A stretch of 64,000 nt of DNA from Selaginella moellendorffii (GCF_000143415.4 NW_003314270.1:1286806-1350805); one strand, 5' to 3'; shown: positions 49,482 through 62,911, counted from the stretch's first letter. The notes: generated by a model not told the origin, from the sequence alone. Translations and numbers: made by a program.

Positions 49482-52265
49482 ATGGCTCAGCTGAGTTCCG
49501 GTATCTCTCTTGGGCTTGCAGTTGTGCTGCTGTCGCTGGTCTCGTCTTTGCAAGCTCCTCCTGCTCGACTGGATCATCGGAACTCTGCCTTCGGTTCTAT
49601 CACCAGGCGGACACTGCTGGAATGCCGCGATCCAAATCCGTATCTCAACTTCACGCTTGACACCGCAGGGCCGCTTGCGAATGTTCAAACAGTGGTGGCG
49701 ACCGTGAGTGGTGTTCTTCAGCCGAGTGCCAGCGATTGGATTGGAGTATTCTCGTCCGCAACTCACAAGTAAGTGGACCTCAGTTTGCGTTCTTTCTTTG
49801 CTTTCTTTGGTTTTTATCTTGTTTTTTGTTTTGTACCTCTTTGGTGTAGTGCGAGTTGATAGAAAATGACTCGTACTAGCAACCCGTGTTTTCCCAGGAA
49901 CTCTTTTACAGGTCTTGTCCTTTTATTTTTGGATCTTGGCGGAGTTTTCTTCTGTTTTGCTGTCAAAATTCGCGTGGATTGAGTGAGCTAATCAACTGAA
50001 ACTCTTTCTTCTTTTTGGCAGCTACTCTGATTGCCCCGCCAAGGCAGTCTTATATTCTCAAACAGGTGATATAGCCAGCTTGCCTTTGCTGTGTGACTAT
50101 CCTCTAAAGGTGAGATTTTGTAATTTCTTTTCTCTTTCTTTTCTTAAGACTCTTTCGATTTTGCAGTTCAAATTCTTGTCTAGTGATCCTGGATACTTGA
50201 TCTGCTCAAACAAGACTTGTGCTGGCAAGCAGTGTGCCGTGAAGACGTGCTCTGGATCTGTATCTTTCCGTCTTATCAACATAAGGACCGACGTCACCTT
50301 TGTGCTCTTCAGTGGGGGCCTTGCAGTCCCCTGCATTCTCAAGGTGTCGCAGACTCTACCCTTTGCAGCGCCAAATTTTCCACTGTATGGCCATCTTTCT
50401 CTCGAGGATTCCTCGGGCACATCTGTAAGTTTTCAAAGATTGGATGCGTTGTTGTTATAACCTTTTTTTTGTTTTTACTGCTAGATGGTATTGGCGTGGG
50501 TCAGCAGGTCCTTCGATATCCACTACGTGGAGTTTGATCACGGCCGGAAATCCATGGATGAAGTGACAAGTTTTCAAATAGGAGATTTGTGTGGTATGAT
50601 GTCGATTTCTATTTTTTCTCTTGGCTTCCTTTTATATTTGATTTTCTTTTTCCGCTGTAGATGCTGTCCCGGGACCAGCTAAGGACTTCGGTTGGCACGA
50701 CCCTGGTTTCATACACATTGCGCGAATGCAAAATCTTAGGCCTGGTACAAGATACTCGTATCGGTATGGAAGGTAAGGAAGCTTCTTTTTATATTAAATT
50801 TTTAGCCATTTATTTGCAGCGATAATTCTGGCTGGTCCAACTTGAAAACGTTCACTACTCCTCCGGCTGGAGGAGCATACGGTACGAAGTTTCTAATCTT
50901 TGGAGACATGGGAAAGGCCGAACGAGATGGCAGCTTGGAGCATTACATTCAAGTAAGTTAAATCTCCAAAAGTCTTACGTCTTTGCGCTCCCGATTTTTT
51001 AATTTTTTGGCAGCCTGGAGCACTGCAAGTTATTGATGCCATGGCAAATGAGGCCGTAGATGCGATTTTCCACATTGGAGACTTGAGCTATGCTACCGGA
51101 TTCCTTGCAGAATGGGACCATTTCCTGGAGATGATCGAGCCAGTAGCATCGAAGACTGCCTACATGACAGCAATTGGAAACCACGAGAGGTACTGATAAA
51201 GGTTTACTAAAACTTATAGATTGACTTGTGTGGCTTTTCAGAGATTATCCAGGCTCGGGATCCATGTATAGCACTCCAGACTCGGGTGGCGAGTGTGGGG
51301 TCCCATATCGATCTTACTTCCGGATGCCTGTCCAAGACATCGACAAGCCGTGGTACTCAATCGCCATTGGTCCCGTGCATTTCACAGTCATCTCCACAGA
51401 ACATGACTGGAGCTCGACCAGCGAACAAGTATGCATTCTTATTCTTTTTCATGTTTACTCCAACGAAACCTTCTTCTACAGTACGCTTGGATGAAATCCG
51501 ACCTTGAATCTGTCGACAGATTCAGTACACCATGGATAGTTTTCACAGGGTAACTGTTTTTATTCACATTTTCATTCTGTAAACTCAAGTGTGCGATTTT
51601 TCTTTCAGTCATCGACCTATGTACTCCACTCAACTGCCGGGAATTATTTCTAAACTTCTACCAGGTGTGGATCCGAAATTTGTAGCAGCTGTGGAACCAT
51701 TGCTCTTGAGAAACAAGGTAAAACACGAGCTCTTCAAAGGAAAAACTAGAATGAAACTGTCTTTTTTTTTTTTTTTTGCACAGGTTGATTTAGCAGTGTG
51801 GGGACATGTTCACAACTATGAGCGAACTTGTGCTGTGTTTCAGGGCCGCTGCCTGCAGCACCCGATCAAGGATTTAGCGGGCGTTGATTTCTTTGACACT
51901 ACAATTTACTCGGCTCCAGTTCACGCCGTGGTTGGCATGGCCGGATTCAGCCTGGATGACTTCCCTCGTAATGTAAGCTTGCAGCTTTGTTTAATATTAT
52001 TTATTTCTGTTCAAGCTCTTTATATTCTACCTTTTCTATATTTTTTGTCGACAGTTTAGTTCATGGAGCTTGATTCGAAGGTCGGCATTTGGATATGCAA
52101 GAGTGACAGCCGATAAGACAAAGCTACTCTTTGAGGTAGATGAATTGCATTCTTGGTTCTTGCATGTTACTTATGTATTTTTCATTCCAGTACATTACAA
52201 CGGACGGAACAGTAGCTGACCGGTTTAAAATTGCCAAGCTAGACTGGGGATTTTCCAGGCCGTGA
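49482..52265 (+). CDS. Purple acid phosphatase (large PAP / nucleotide pyrophosphatase type), secreted
   Basis: Signal peptide; GWHDPG; metal-ligand blocks GDMG, GDLSY, GNHE, GHRPMY, GHVH all present. Confidence 0.93.
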
Positions 52266-52302
52266 ACGATTTCAAGCCTTACAAGTTCAATCCAGTTGGC
52301 TT

Positions 52303-54351
52303 CTAGAGCTTGCTGATTTGCTTGACGCTGCCAAAGGCTCTTGCTTTGCTGCGCAGCACCTGTTTCTGGATCTTGCCAGTCGCAGTTTTGTCCAAGGCCG
52401 CGAGAATGACGACGCTCTTTGGCACCATGAACTTTGGCAAATGCTGTCGACAGAACGAGAGTATCTCCTCCTCGTTGCTCCTCACGCCGTACTTGAGAGA
52501 CACAAACGCGCATGGAGACTCGCCCCACTTCTCGTCTGGCCGCGCCACCACAGCAGCTTCTAGCACTGCTGGATGCCTGGAAGAAAAAACGAAATGAGAA
52601 ACAAGCAAGAAATAACTCTTCTTTTACCTGTACAAGATGCTCTCCACTTCCAGGCTGCTAATGTTCTCCCCTCCAGAAATGATAATATCCTTTGCTCGAT
52701 CCTTGATCTCGATGTATCCATCGGGATGCCAAACTGCCAAGTCCCCGGAGTGAAACCATCCTCCTCTAAAACTCTCCAGCGTCGCCTCTGGATTGTTCAA
52801 GTAGCCCTTGAACACCATGTTCCCGCGCATGCAAACTTCGCCAATGGTGACACCGTCCTTGGCAACCGGTTCCAGAGTTTCCGAGTTGAGCACCTGTAAG
52901 CCGTCGAGGCCGACGTATTTCACGCCCTGCCGAGCCTTTAGCCTGGCCTGCTCATCGGGCGAAAGGCTGTCCCATTCGGGATTCCACTCGCACACCATAT
53001 GTTTCCGTGAGCCCGTAGACGTGCGTCACATGAAACCCGAGAGCTTCGATTTTAGCCAGAACTGCTGCCGGAGGAGCCGCACCCGCGGTCATTATCCTGA
53101 CTTGCCTGTGTTGGAGCCGCGAGAACGTTGAGCCCGTTGCCGCACTTATGATCGTGCTGAGCACCGTGGGAGCAGCGCAAAAGTTGGTCACGTTGTGCTC
53201 GGCTATGGCGGCAAAGATTCCTTTGGCCGTCACCTGTGGAAACGAGGAACTTTACTGCTATACGAGCGTAAATGAAGAGAAACGAGGAAAAGCAAACCTG
53301 GCGAAGACATATGTTGGTCCCGGCCAGAGCTGCGACTGCCCAAGGAAAGCACCACCCGTTGCAATGGAAGAGCGGGAGAGTCCAGAGATAGATGCAACCG
53401 TGCTTCATCTCCCAAGTCACGCACTCGCTTAGAGCCGAGAGATAGGCTCCACGGTGTGTAAGCATGACGCCTTTCGGGCTAGCAGTAGTTCCTGACGTGT
53501 AGGACACGGAGATAGTCTCGGTCTCATCCTCTGGCCTGCTCCACTCGAAACTTGGATCCCCTTCGCGGAGAAAATCTTCGTAGTCGCTGCTGCCGGGAGG
53601 CCACGAATTCTCCATGCCTTGGAAAAACTCGTCTCTTATCACCACCACGAAGGGAGCTTGGAACAAAGTCCCTGCTTTCGCTGTCCAGTCACGTAAAGCA
53701 CCGCTAATCAGGTGGAGAAACTCCTCGTCAACAAGAACAGCTTTCACGCCGGAGTGATGGAAGAGCGTCGCGACGGTGCGCTGGTCTAGGCGGATGTTGA
53801 CGCAATTGAGCACGGCCGAGGCCATGGGAACTCCAAACTGGACCTCGTACATGGCAGGAACATTGGGAGCCACCACAGCAACCTTGCAAAACAAGAAAAA
53901 ACTTTTCCATCAGTCCTCACTAGAAACAAACAAGCCATGGATCGTGCAAATCAACGCATGGATTTTGCAAAACAAGAAAAGCGATCCATCAGCCTTCTGC
54001 TTCCTATAGAAAAAACCACTCTCAATCTAGAAACAAACAAGCCATGGATCTTGCAAAACAAGAAAAACTTCTTCTCCTTCCTCTAGAAAAGATCGCTCTC
54101 AATCCCAACAAGCCAACCAACTTCTTGGAATCTCTATCACGGGAACAAGGAGAGACACTTACAACATCGCCAGGGCCAATGCCTCGTCTTCGCAGTGCCG
54201 ATGCTAGCCTCCTGCAGCGCTGGAGCTCCTGAGACCAGGTAAACCGCCGAGAATTGTAGATCACGGCCGGACGCTGGGGATGGATTTGAGCCGCGCGCTC
54301 CAGGAACACAAGCGGGCTAAGCGGCGCGTAATTCGCCTCTCCCAGATCCAT
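52303..54351 (-). pseudogene. Peroxisomal acyl-activating enzyme (AAE clade I) with an apparent frameshift
   Basis: ANYAPLSPL, YTSGTTASPKG, YGLTETYG, GWFHSGD, KDIIISGGENISSLEVE, C-terminal PTS1 SKL; frame changes at ~52996 with no room for an intron. Confidence 0.8.
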
Positions 54352-54607
54352 GGCTCGCTGCGATGCTGCTGGTGGAATCCTCACTCACATCGCGAATCGA
54401 TCGTTGACCGAAACCATAAACCCTATTCCAAAAGGGCAAAGACTAAAACCAGCCGCTATTCGTTCTAGGGTTCCTCCTTAGTCGTTGAGAGTACTAAGGT
54501 TTTCTGTGCCGGAGAGGAGAAATCGAGAGAGGGAGAGGGATTGATCGCTACTGCTGCTAAGAGAACGAGGGATTGACGCACTAGGGCGTGGCGATTAGCG
54601 CAGAGAG

Positions 54608-57567
54608 ATGAGCGGCGCTCGAGGATCGTCATCGTCGGCGACGCCGGCAGCGGCGGCCGCGGCTCCAGCGGCGGCCATCCCAGCCAGCGCGCGCAAGGTC
54701 GTCCAGAACCTCAAAGAAGTGGTCGGGGTAGGGCACGGCGAGGAGGAGATTTTCGCGACGCTCAAGGAGTGTAACATGGACCCTAACGAGACGGCTCAGC
54801 GGCTCATGAGCCAAGGTAAAGCATCCAATGCCTCTCTAGCTCAAAACATTTATCCTCCCTTCGCGCAGATGCCTTCCACGAAGTGAAACGCAAGAGGGAC
54901 AAGAAGAAAGAGGTGTGTTCTCGTCTCTCTTTTGGGTATCTGCATTGTCTCACGCCCTCTCGCAGGCTCCTGCCGGCAGCAAAGACTTGGGCGATGGTAG
55001 ATCGAGAGGCACGACAGCTTACAGGGGCGGGAGAGGATCTGGAAGACTCACGCGCCACTCTCAAAACGGTAGTCCTCTCTCGGTTCTTGGAACGAAAGCT
55101 GATGTTTGCGTGTGTGTTTCCAGAGTCGAATGGTCGTGGCAAGGCTCTGCCTTCCAAGGAAAATGGAAACCATGCGCCTGTTCCTTCGGCTCCACAGTCT
55201 GGGTGAGTTCTATAGAAAAACTCTCTTCCTCCTCTAGCGGCATGGCGTTAAATCTCGAGTTACAGGAGCGCAGTGTCATCAGCTACTCCAGTACTTCCGA
55301 ATGGATCCGTGCAGTACTCCTCGTCAACGGGACTTGTCACGCATGGGTCGTGGAGTAAAATCTCTGGTCACGCAACAATGGCCGAGATGCTAAAGTCCAG
55401 CACCAGCAACGGGCCACACCTCCCACCTAATATGTTAACAGCGGGTACCGGACAGCAGTTCTCGTCTTCTGGAATGTACTCGTCCAGTGATCCTGTGCAT
55501 CATCCTTTTCCTGACCAACGGGTTATCAGGCGTGAGAAGCCTATAGGCGACAGGTCGGCGGCATCGGTTCCAGGCGGTGGATTGCCTTCGCCGCCTCACC
55601 TGCAAGATGATCGGTCCGGTAGTCCTCCTGGACTCCAAGAGACGAACAAGTTTCCAGATACAGGAGCTCGGCAGACTTCTGGATATCGATCGGCAGCACT
55701 TGGAAATGGAAGGCCTGCGTATCAGCAACAACAGTCTGTAAATAAAAGTAAGCTTCTCCTTTGCTCTTGGTTTTTGTTTCAGAGCGCTGATCTCGGTTAT
55801 AACAGCTACTGGACCCAACATGGAGTGGAAGCCAAAAGTAGGGGCTCAAGAAGCTGTCACGGCGTCTGGACTAAACTCTCTGGAGAGGGTTCTGACAGAG
55901 GCCCCAGCTTCGGATATCTCTGAGGCTGAGGTGTTGTCTGTTGCAGCGAAGTTCCAAAATCTTTCGGCCCGTGATGAGCAGCAAGTAATAATGCCTAACA
56001 ACTTTCAGTCTCAGGGAGATTTGGGCCTTAGTTTTGGTAGCTTTGGTGAGCCCCTTGGTTCTTCTCTTCCTTCTGGTTTCAGTTCGGAGGATGGTCTCGA
56101 CATCTCTGGCTCTTCTGAAGCGTCAGTGGCCAAGGATATCCTGCGTGAGCAGTCACCTTCTGGGTAAGAAACTCGTCGCTGTTTCCTTCTATCTTTATGT
56201 CTACTGATGGTTTTCGTGCAGAGTGGATGCCGTGGCTCCTGATGAAACCCCTTTGCATCAGGATGATGACATACCTGTTCAAAGAGAGAACGCGACTTCA
56301 GCTAGTATTCCTGCCACCTATACACAGGTCGACGTCACGAAATTGCGGTCGACTCAACAAGCTCCACAATACCCGTATCTGCCGTCGGCACCAAACTACT
56401 CTACAAGTATTGGGATGGTTTCTCAAGTTCCCAGTGGCCAACACAGTTTTGACTCGCAAGTCCCTCATCTTCAAGACATGTCCAGTGTTCCAACTTCACT
56501 GGTGAGTCGCATCAATTGATATTTTCTGGTCTTGACTTTTTATTTTTACAGAAGCAGCAATACGCGGATTCTGCTACGAGTTTTTACTCGCCATCTCTTC
56601 GGCCTGGTTCTGACGCTGACGCCCGTTATGCGCAATACAGTTCTACCGCGAAGTACAATGGAGGAGTAGTGATGTCTGCTCAACACCTTCCAGCGCACGA
56701 GGTACTAAACCGCAGTTTCCTATGATTGATTTCTTATGTTTAATCGTTTGTTTTCAGGCATCCAATTCCACTGCCTTGTCAACCAGTAGCACAGTGTCTC
56801 AAGTGCCACAGGCAAGTGCGCCTACAGCTCCTCAGCAACCGCTTCAAGTTCACGCTTACCCGGCTCAGCCAACCGGTATGCCAGTGGGTCACTATGGCAA
56901 CGTTTTCGGATACCAGTACCCGAGCTACACCTTCGTGCCTTCGCCATATCAGCACAGCTACGCAGCTAATTATCCACAGCCCCCGGTCAGCAGTTACTCA
57001 CCATCAGCTAATTACGCCCCCGCCATGAAGTACACGCTACCTCAATACAAGCCAGGGAGTGCCACAGCCAATGCTCCCACTGGAGGCTACGGCGGATACG
57101 GCACTGCGTCGTCAATGTACGCGGCAAATCCGACGGCAACGGCCTCAAACACGCCCGGGTACGAGGATGGCAGCGCTGCTCAATACAAGGACAGCAACCT
57201 TTACGTCCCCGGTCCACAGGTGCCGAGTGTTTCTATTCGTTTTCATTCATGTAGAGATGATTTTTTTCTCGACAGGGAGACGGTGCAAGGCTGTGGCAAC
57301 TGACAAACGACATAGCGGCGGCACAACAGACGAGCTCGTTCTACGCCTTGTCCAGCCAAAACCAGCACACGTACACGCAACCGAGCAGCCACACGCATCC
57401 GATAAACGGCTACACGAGCTTGTACCACCAGCCGGGGCCTGCCGGGAGCGCTCACCAGGTGATCCAACAGCCTCAACCTTTGGGCGGTGCTGCCGGGAGC
57501 ACCCAAGTTGGAGCCACTAATTATCACCAACAGCTACAACGGATCCAGCAGCAGCAGCAGCAACAGC

Positions 57568-57598
<31 letters not shown>

Positions 57599-57614
57599 GA
57601 GCTGGAACTACTGA
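54608..57614 (+). CDS. GBF-interacting protein 1-like (DUF1296, UBA-like N-terminus), low-complexity, C-terminal polyQ
   Basis: IPASARKVVQNLKEVV..EEIFATLKECNMDPNETAQRL..FHEVKRKRDKKKE; MEWKPK; LSFGSFG; KYTLPQYKP. Confidence 0.88.
57546..57596 (+). repeat. (CAG/CAA)n coding polyQ tract
   Basis: About 17 Gln codons. Confidence 0.9.
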
Positions 57615-58216
57615 TCCTGGCGAACGATGCAAGGCTTTTTTTTTTGTTCTTGGAGATCGATCGGCCGAAGATGTGGAGGTTTTCTCTTTACCACTGCTAC
57701 TGAATCAAACTAACCATTGTACTGTTTTCCTTGAAACTTGTAGGAAGTTTGTGGGAGCTCGTGCTTTTCTATCTTTTGCTTTGTTTCAGCCTAAAGAAAT
57801 CGAAGAGATGTATATATGGTTTTCACAAAATATATCAATACTATATAAATTTCGTGCTCGCACACACGCGAAAGATTCTCTCGAGCTGACAAGGTGTTAA
57901 TGTTTAATTGTGTGTTCTTTGGCGGGCATATTCCACCACTACCGCCGCCCGCCGCTCATATATATATCTTGCTGTCCTCAGTACCTGGTTTACTTTTCCC
58001 TCTTCTGGTTAGGGTTTGAGCGCCTAGGGTTATCGCCCCATTTCTGTTCTTGGGGAGAGAGCAGGGCTTGGCGGCGGGCATCCTTGTCATAATCGCGCGC
58101 CTCGCAGCTCCCGCAGCGATCTAGCGCCGAATTCCAGGTGAAATCTCGCTTCTTTGTCTCTTCTTTCCGCTGCGGGCGAGCTTGAAATGTGTGCGGGTTT
58201 CTTGGATTTCCAGGCA

Positions 58217-60409
58217 ATGGCGGTGGCGCACGCACAAATGGTAAGCTTGCTGCTGCGGTGGGAGATTGTGTGTTTTCTCACGCGAGAATGTAGGTCGGGA
58301 ACTCGTTCATCAACCAATATTACAATGTGCTCCACCAATCGCCACAGGTGGTGCATCGGTTTTACACCAATGCGAGCTGCCTCACTCGAGCAGAAGCCGG
58401 TCCAGAGGGCCAAGCGGACACTGTCTTCTCACAAAGTGTACGATTCTTTCTCGTTTCCCTGGCTCTAGCTGAGGATTGAGTGGTTTTTCTTTTTCCTTTT
58501 TTTTTTTTTGTTCTTGTTCTTGTTCTCAGGGGATTCATGAGAAGGTGATGTCTCTAGACTACGTCGGGCTCAGAGCTGAGATTAAGACTGTGGACTGTCA
58601 AGATTCGTATTCTGGCTCGGTTCTTGTGATGGTCACTGGATCGCTGTCAAACCGCTCCAATGGAAGGCGCGACTTTGTCCAGACCTTTTTCTTGGCACCA
58701 CAGGAGAAGGGCTATTTCGTACTGAACGACATTTTCCGGTATTTGGACGAGCCGCAGGTTTCGACCATGTCATACGTTGTGGCGAATGGTCCTCAAGAGC
58801 ATTCTCCGACTCCAGAGTCTGGTAAATTTGTCTGCTGTTTTTCGATTTGTGTGCCTTCGTTAAGCTGTTTCGTGCACTGTGTAGTTCCGGATACTACTCA
58901 TTTGGAAGTGAGTGAGGCTACGCCTGTTGCTACTGAAGAGCAAATAGATGAGGGATACGATATACCAGATGCGGACGAAGAGGTTTTGGTGGAGGAGACT
59001 GTCCAGAATACCGTACCTTTGGATGCTGACGAAGTTCTGGACATCGAGGATTCGCAATCGCAAGCAGACGAGCCAAAGAAATCGTACGCATCAATCGTAA
59101 GTTGATACTTACAAAGCTTCTCTTGAATGTAATGGGCGTAAGTGGCAATGCTGCAGTTGAGGGTTGTCAAAGCCGGAGGCGGTGACAGTGTCCAGCATGT
59201 TCTTCAACACAGCCCGAAGCCTCCGCCGTCAATTCCCGCTGAAAAACCTGCGTTGCCTGTGCCTCAAACAGTGGTGCAAGAAAGTCCAGTGGTATCTCCG
59301 CCGATCGAAACAACCGATGAGACTGCTGCAGCTCCCGACACACAAGGTATGATCAGTGAATACCATGCGGCTAGTGGTAACCATCGTCTTGTTGATCAGG
59401 TGATGGAAAATCGATTTACATCAAGAACCTCCCAATGTCCGTCACCACTGCGCAACTTGAGGAGGAGTTCCACAAATTTGGGACTGTAAAGCCGGGAACT
59501 AATATCAAAAAGGTAAATAGGCAAAAGATTATTCTGTAGTTCCTGCCAACCAAGTAATCCTGTTTTTTATCAGCAAAACAATGTTTGCTACGCGTTTCTC
59601 GAGTTTGAAGATGCAAGCTCGGCACGATCAGCGATCCAGGTAGTTGCCCGTGACAGTATTGCTGCATTGAATGTTTTCTAACAGTAATCGTTATTATTCA
59701 GGCCTCCGGCTCGTTTCAAATCAGCGGCAAGCCTGTCATGATCGAGGAGAAGAGGCCGCTTAGCGCTAGAGGTATTGTTTTATGGTTGATGGAGTCAATC
59801 CGTAACATGTTCCTTTCCTTGTCCTCTACCGTGCCAGGCTACCGAACAGGGGGCCGGGGAAGGGGAAATCGAAATGACGGGTCTCGAGGCAGGGGCTACT
59901 ACAACCGTGGTGCTGCTGGTCCCGCTCCTCCTACCGCTGCTCCTGGCGGTGGTGGCGGCGGTGGCGGCAGCGGCAGCGGTGGCAACAGGAACTACGAGCA
60001 GGGAAACCGGGGCCGGGGCTCTCGCGGGGGATACAACAGCGCTAACAACAATCCAGGGGACGGTGGCCGAGATGGTGGTCGCTCCAACAGCGAAGAATAT
60101 CATCCGCGGTACGAGAGCCAGGGCCACAACTACAACAATAACTACACCAACACCAACGCCACCAATGCTGCTACCAACAGTGGCAACTCGAGCGCCGGCC
60201 ACCACCACCACCAAGCCAACAGCAGCAACACCGGCAGCAGCAACAACCACGGCTATCCAAACTCGAGGCCTCCTCGCCGGTACGTCAGCCGCGGCAACAA
60301 CAACAACAGCAACAGTTCCAACAACAGCAACAACCCCAATTACAATCGAAGCTCCTCGTCCTCGACTGGCGGCGCTCCTGCTGCTCCTCCCGCGGCGGTC
60401 ACAGCTTGA
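58217..60409 (+). CDS. G3BP: G3BP-like NTF2 + RRM + RGG protein
   Basis: VGNSFINQYYNVLHQSP..RFY, FVQTFFLAPQEKGYFVLNDIFRY, KKSYASI, SIYIKNLP/CYAFLEF RRM, RGG-rich and Asn-rich tail. Confidence 0.92.
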
Positions 60410-60943
60410 TTGAGGCGAGATCTCTGGGGAGTGGAAGCAACTCCCCGGTTATCTCTGGTCTCTGTTCATCCGTGATCGTCGCGTCGTCGTCGTCATCGTC
60501 GCCTTCCTTCGGCTCTCTTGGTGGGATTGTATTCATTCGCAAAATTTTTGTCAGGCTTCTCCATACTACTACAGGCAAGCTCTCTTTCTCTCTTCCTCGT
60601 CTTGGTTTTTCTTCTTTCTATTTTCCTTGATTTTTCCTGTGTAGAAAGGTGCGTAGTTTTAGTTTTGGTAGCTCTACTATCATCGAGTGATTGACCGGGT
60701 TTGTGTAACGGGCATTAATTTTGTCAAAAAAGTGACTTCTTCGAATAATCAGGCATATTCTTTTAGGGATATTCTGTGTTGTAAGGAATATTCTGCTTCC
60801 ATCCCTCGTCGCCACACGGCTTGGGTAGGCCGTCTCGTTCCTTCGGTGCCCTGCCCTCGAAATTTCTTCCTCTAGGTCGGTTCCATCGGCGCCGATCAAT
60901 TCAATCGGCTCGATCGCGTCCCCCGGGCGCCGAAGCAGCAGCG

Positions 60944-62335
60944 ATGGGCGCGGGCTTTTCCAAGGAGGAGCAGCTGTATCAAGCCGTCCACAACGGGAAC
61001 CATCAGCTTGTGAAATCTCTCCGGCGCGATGGAGCGTCTTTGGAGGTTCGTGTAGAGATTTTGCTTCTTCTTCGTCTTCTTCTCATCAGTGGGGTGATAG
61101 TTTCTGGACAAGGAGGGCAGGACCCCCTTGATTTTGGCCTGTGCTCGCCAAGATCTGTTTGACATGGTCGTCACTTTGCTCAATCTCGGGGCTAATATAA
61201 ATGCCTATAGACCTGGTAAGTCAGCTCTCTCTTTCGTTCTAGACTATGTAGATAGTTTACTCTATCGCGTGGAATTTGTTCATGTAGGCTCGAATGGTGG
61301 ATTTCCATTGCATCATGCCGCGAAAAGGGGCCTGGAGAGAACTGTGATTCTGCTTATATCCAGAGGAGGTCGGGAAGTTTTTTTTTTCTGAGTCACTACT
61401 ACTGAAGTCATTCTGTGCATGCAGCTGATCCTTTATGCATCAATGACGATGGACAAACTCCTTTGGATATGGCCAGACTACGGGGACATACTTCGATCGT
61501 CCGGATTATAGAGGCAAGCGAGCGAGCGAAAATTCTATTTATTTTGACGAGGAAACTTTTTCAGGATCGGATAGCTCTGTTTACTGGGATGATTCGTGAA
61601 GTTTCGGGGCCTGGCTTGCTGGAGGTCTTTGTACCGCAATGGGTGACCAAGAAAGTGTAAGTTTTGCTTGGCTCTTGCAACGTCATGGACTGCTTTGTGT
61701 TTTTAGGTGGGTTGCCGTTGTCCCAGTTCAAGCTAACCAGAGACATCCTCCAAGGCACGAGCTCGCTATTTATCAGTCTCCCAAGGTCTGGGTGTTTACT
61801 TGCCCGATTGTTCTTTTGATGTATATGAAGGATTTCTTTGGTAGGTTGCGGCGCCGAGAACCGTCATTTCACTCTGGAAGGCGGATCTGGAAGAGCCAAA
61901 GTGGAACACTGGAGCACCAGTTTTGATAGTCACAGAAAGAGCTACAAGTAAGCTTCTGGTTTGCTTTCTTTTCTCTAGCAGCAAGCTTGTTTTTCTGTAG
62001 AGATGAAATACAAGTTCCTGTCTGAAGCGGACGGTGACACCGCTCAACTGGAGAAACTGTACAGAGCATGCAGAGGAATACCTCCGGTGAGACATCATCC
62101 CAGTTTTTCTTTCTGTCCGTCTAGACTTCGCTGTTTTTTTTCTTGGCAGGTGGTTCCAGCAATGGGATACCCTGTTCCTCCACTTCCTGACAACCAGGAC
62201 GACGTTGCACTGGCTATGGCATTAGATGCTTCTCTTCAGTCTGCTGGAGCGAATGGAGGATGGGGTGACCAACCCGGCAGTGAAAACTACAACGGATGGG
62301 GAGTTCAACAACAAAATCAACAACACCACCCCCAA

Positions 62336-62379
<44 letters not shown>

Positions 62380-62911
62380 GAAGCAGCAGCAGCAACAACA
62401 GCAACACCACCAACAAGAGCAGCAGCAGCAGCAGCCGGCCGGTTCAAAGAAGAATGACTGTGGAGGCTGGGCAGTCGATGGCAGCAGCAGCAGTACCAGC
62501 AGCTACAATGGTTGGGGAACTCCAGAGCCGGGGCAAAGCAGCTCAGAAGCTTCAGTGGCCACTCCCGCGGCACCGGAAGAACCTCCATCCGCTCCACCGC
62601 TGCCGGAGGACGACTTTGTTGTCGGTCCGATCCACTATCCCTCCATCGACACCTCTCCAGTGACTAATCCAGTTCCAGTTTCTAGCGTCGCAAAGGCCTC
62701 CACTGCCACTGCTGCCACGCCTGTGGCGGAAACGGAGAAAGCTGGTGGCCAGTGCGTGGTTTGCTGGGACGCTCCAGCACAGGGCGTGTGCATTCCGTGT
62801 GGCCATCTAGCGGGCTGCATGGGGTGCTTGCAGGAAATCAAGAACAAGAAGTGGGGGTGCCCGGTTTGTAGGAGTCCGATAGAGCAGGTGGTGAAGGTAT
62901 TCGCGGTATAG
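60944..62911 (+). CDS. XBAT34/35-like ankyrin-repeat RING E3 ligase
   Basis: MGAGFS (myristoylation-like), ankyrin TPLILAC/GFPLHHAA/GQTPLDMAR, C3HC4 CVVC..CIPCGH..CMGC..CPVCR. Confidence 0.92.
62305..62435 (+). repeat. Coding polyQ/His tract in the XBAT-like gene
   Basis: (CAA/CAG)n encoding a Q-rich run of about 40 residues. Confidence 0.9.

Noticed and set aside
53885-54120. Short duplicated motifs (CTAGAAACAAACAAGCCATGGATC) in AAE intron 1, and a duplicate at 20235-20300 in an Hsp33 intron
   Set aside because: Ordinary intronic slippage duplications with no sign of function
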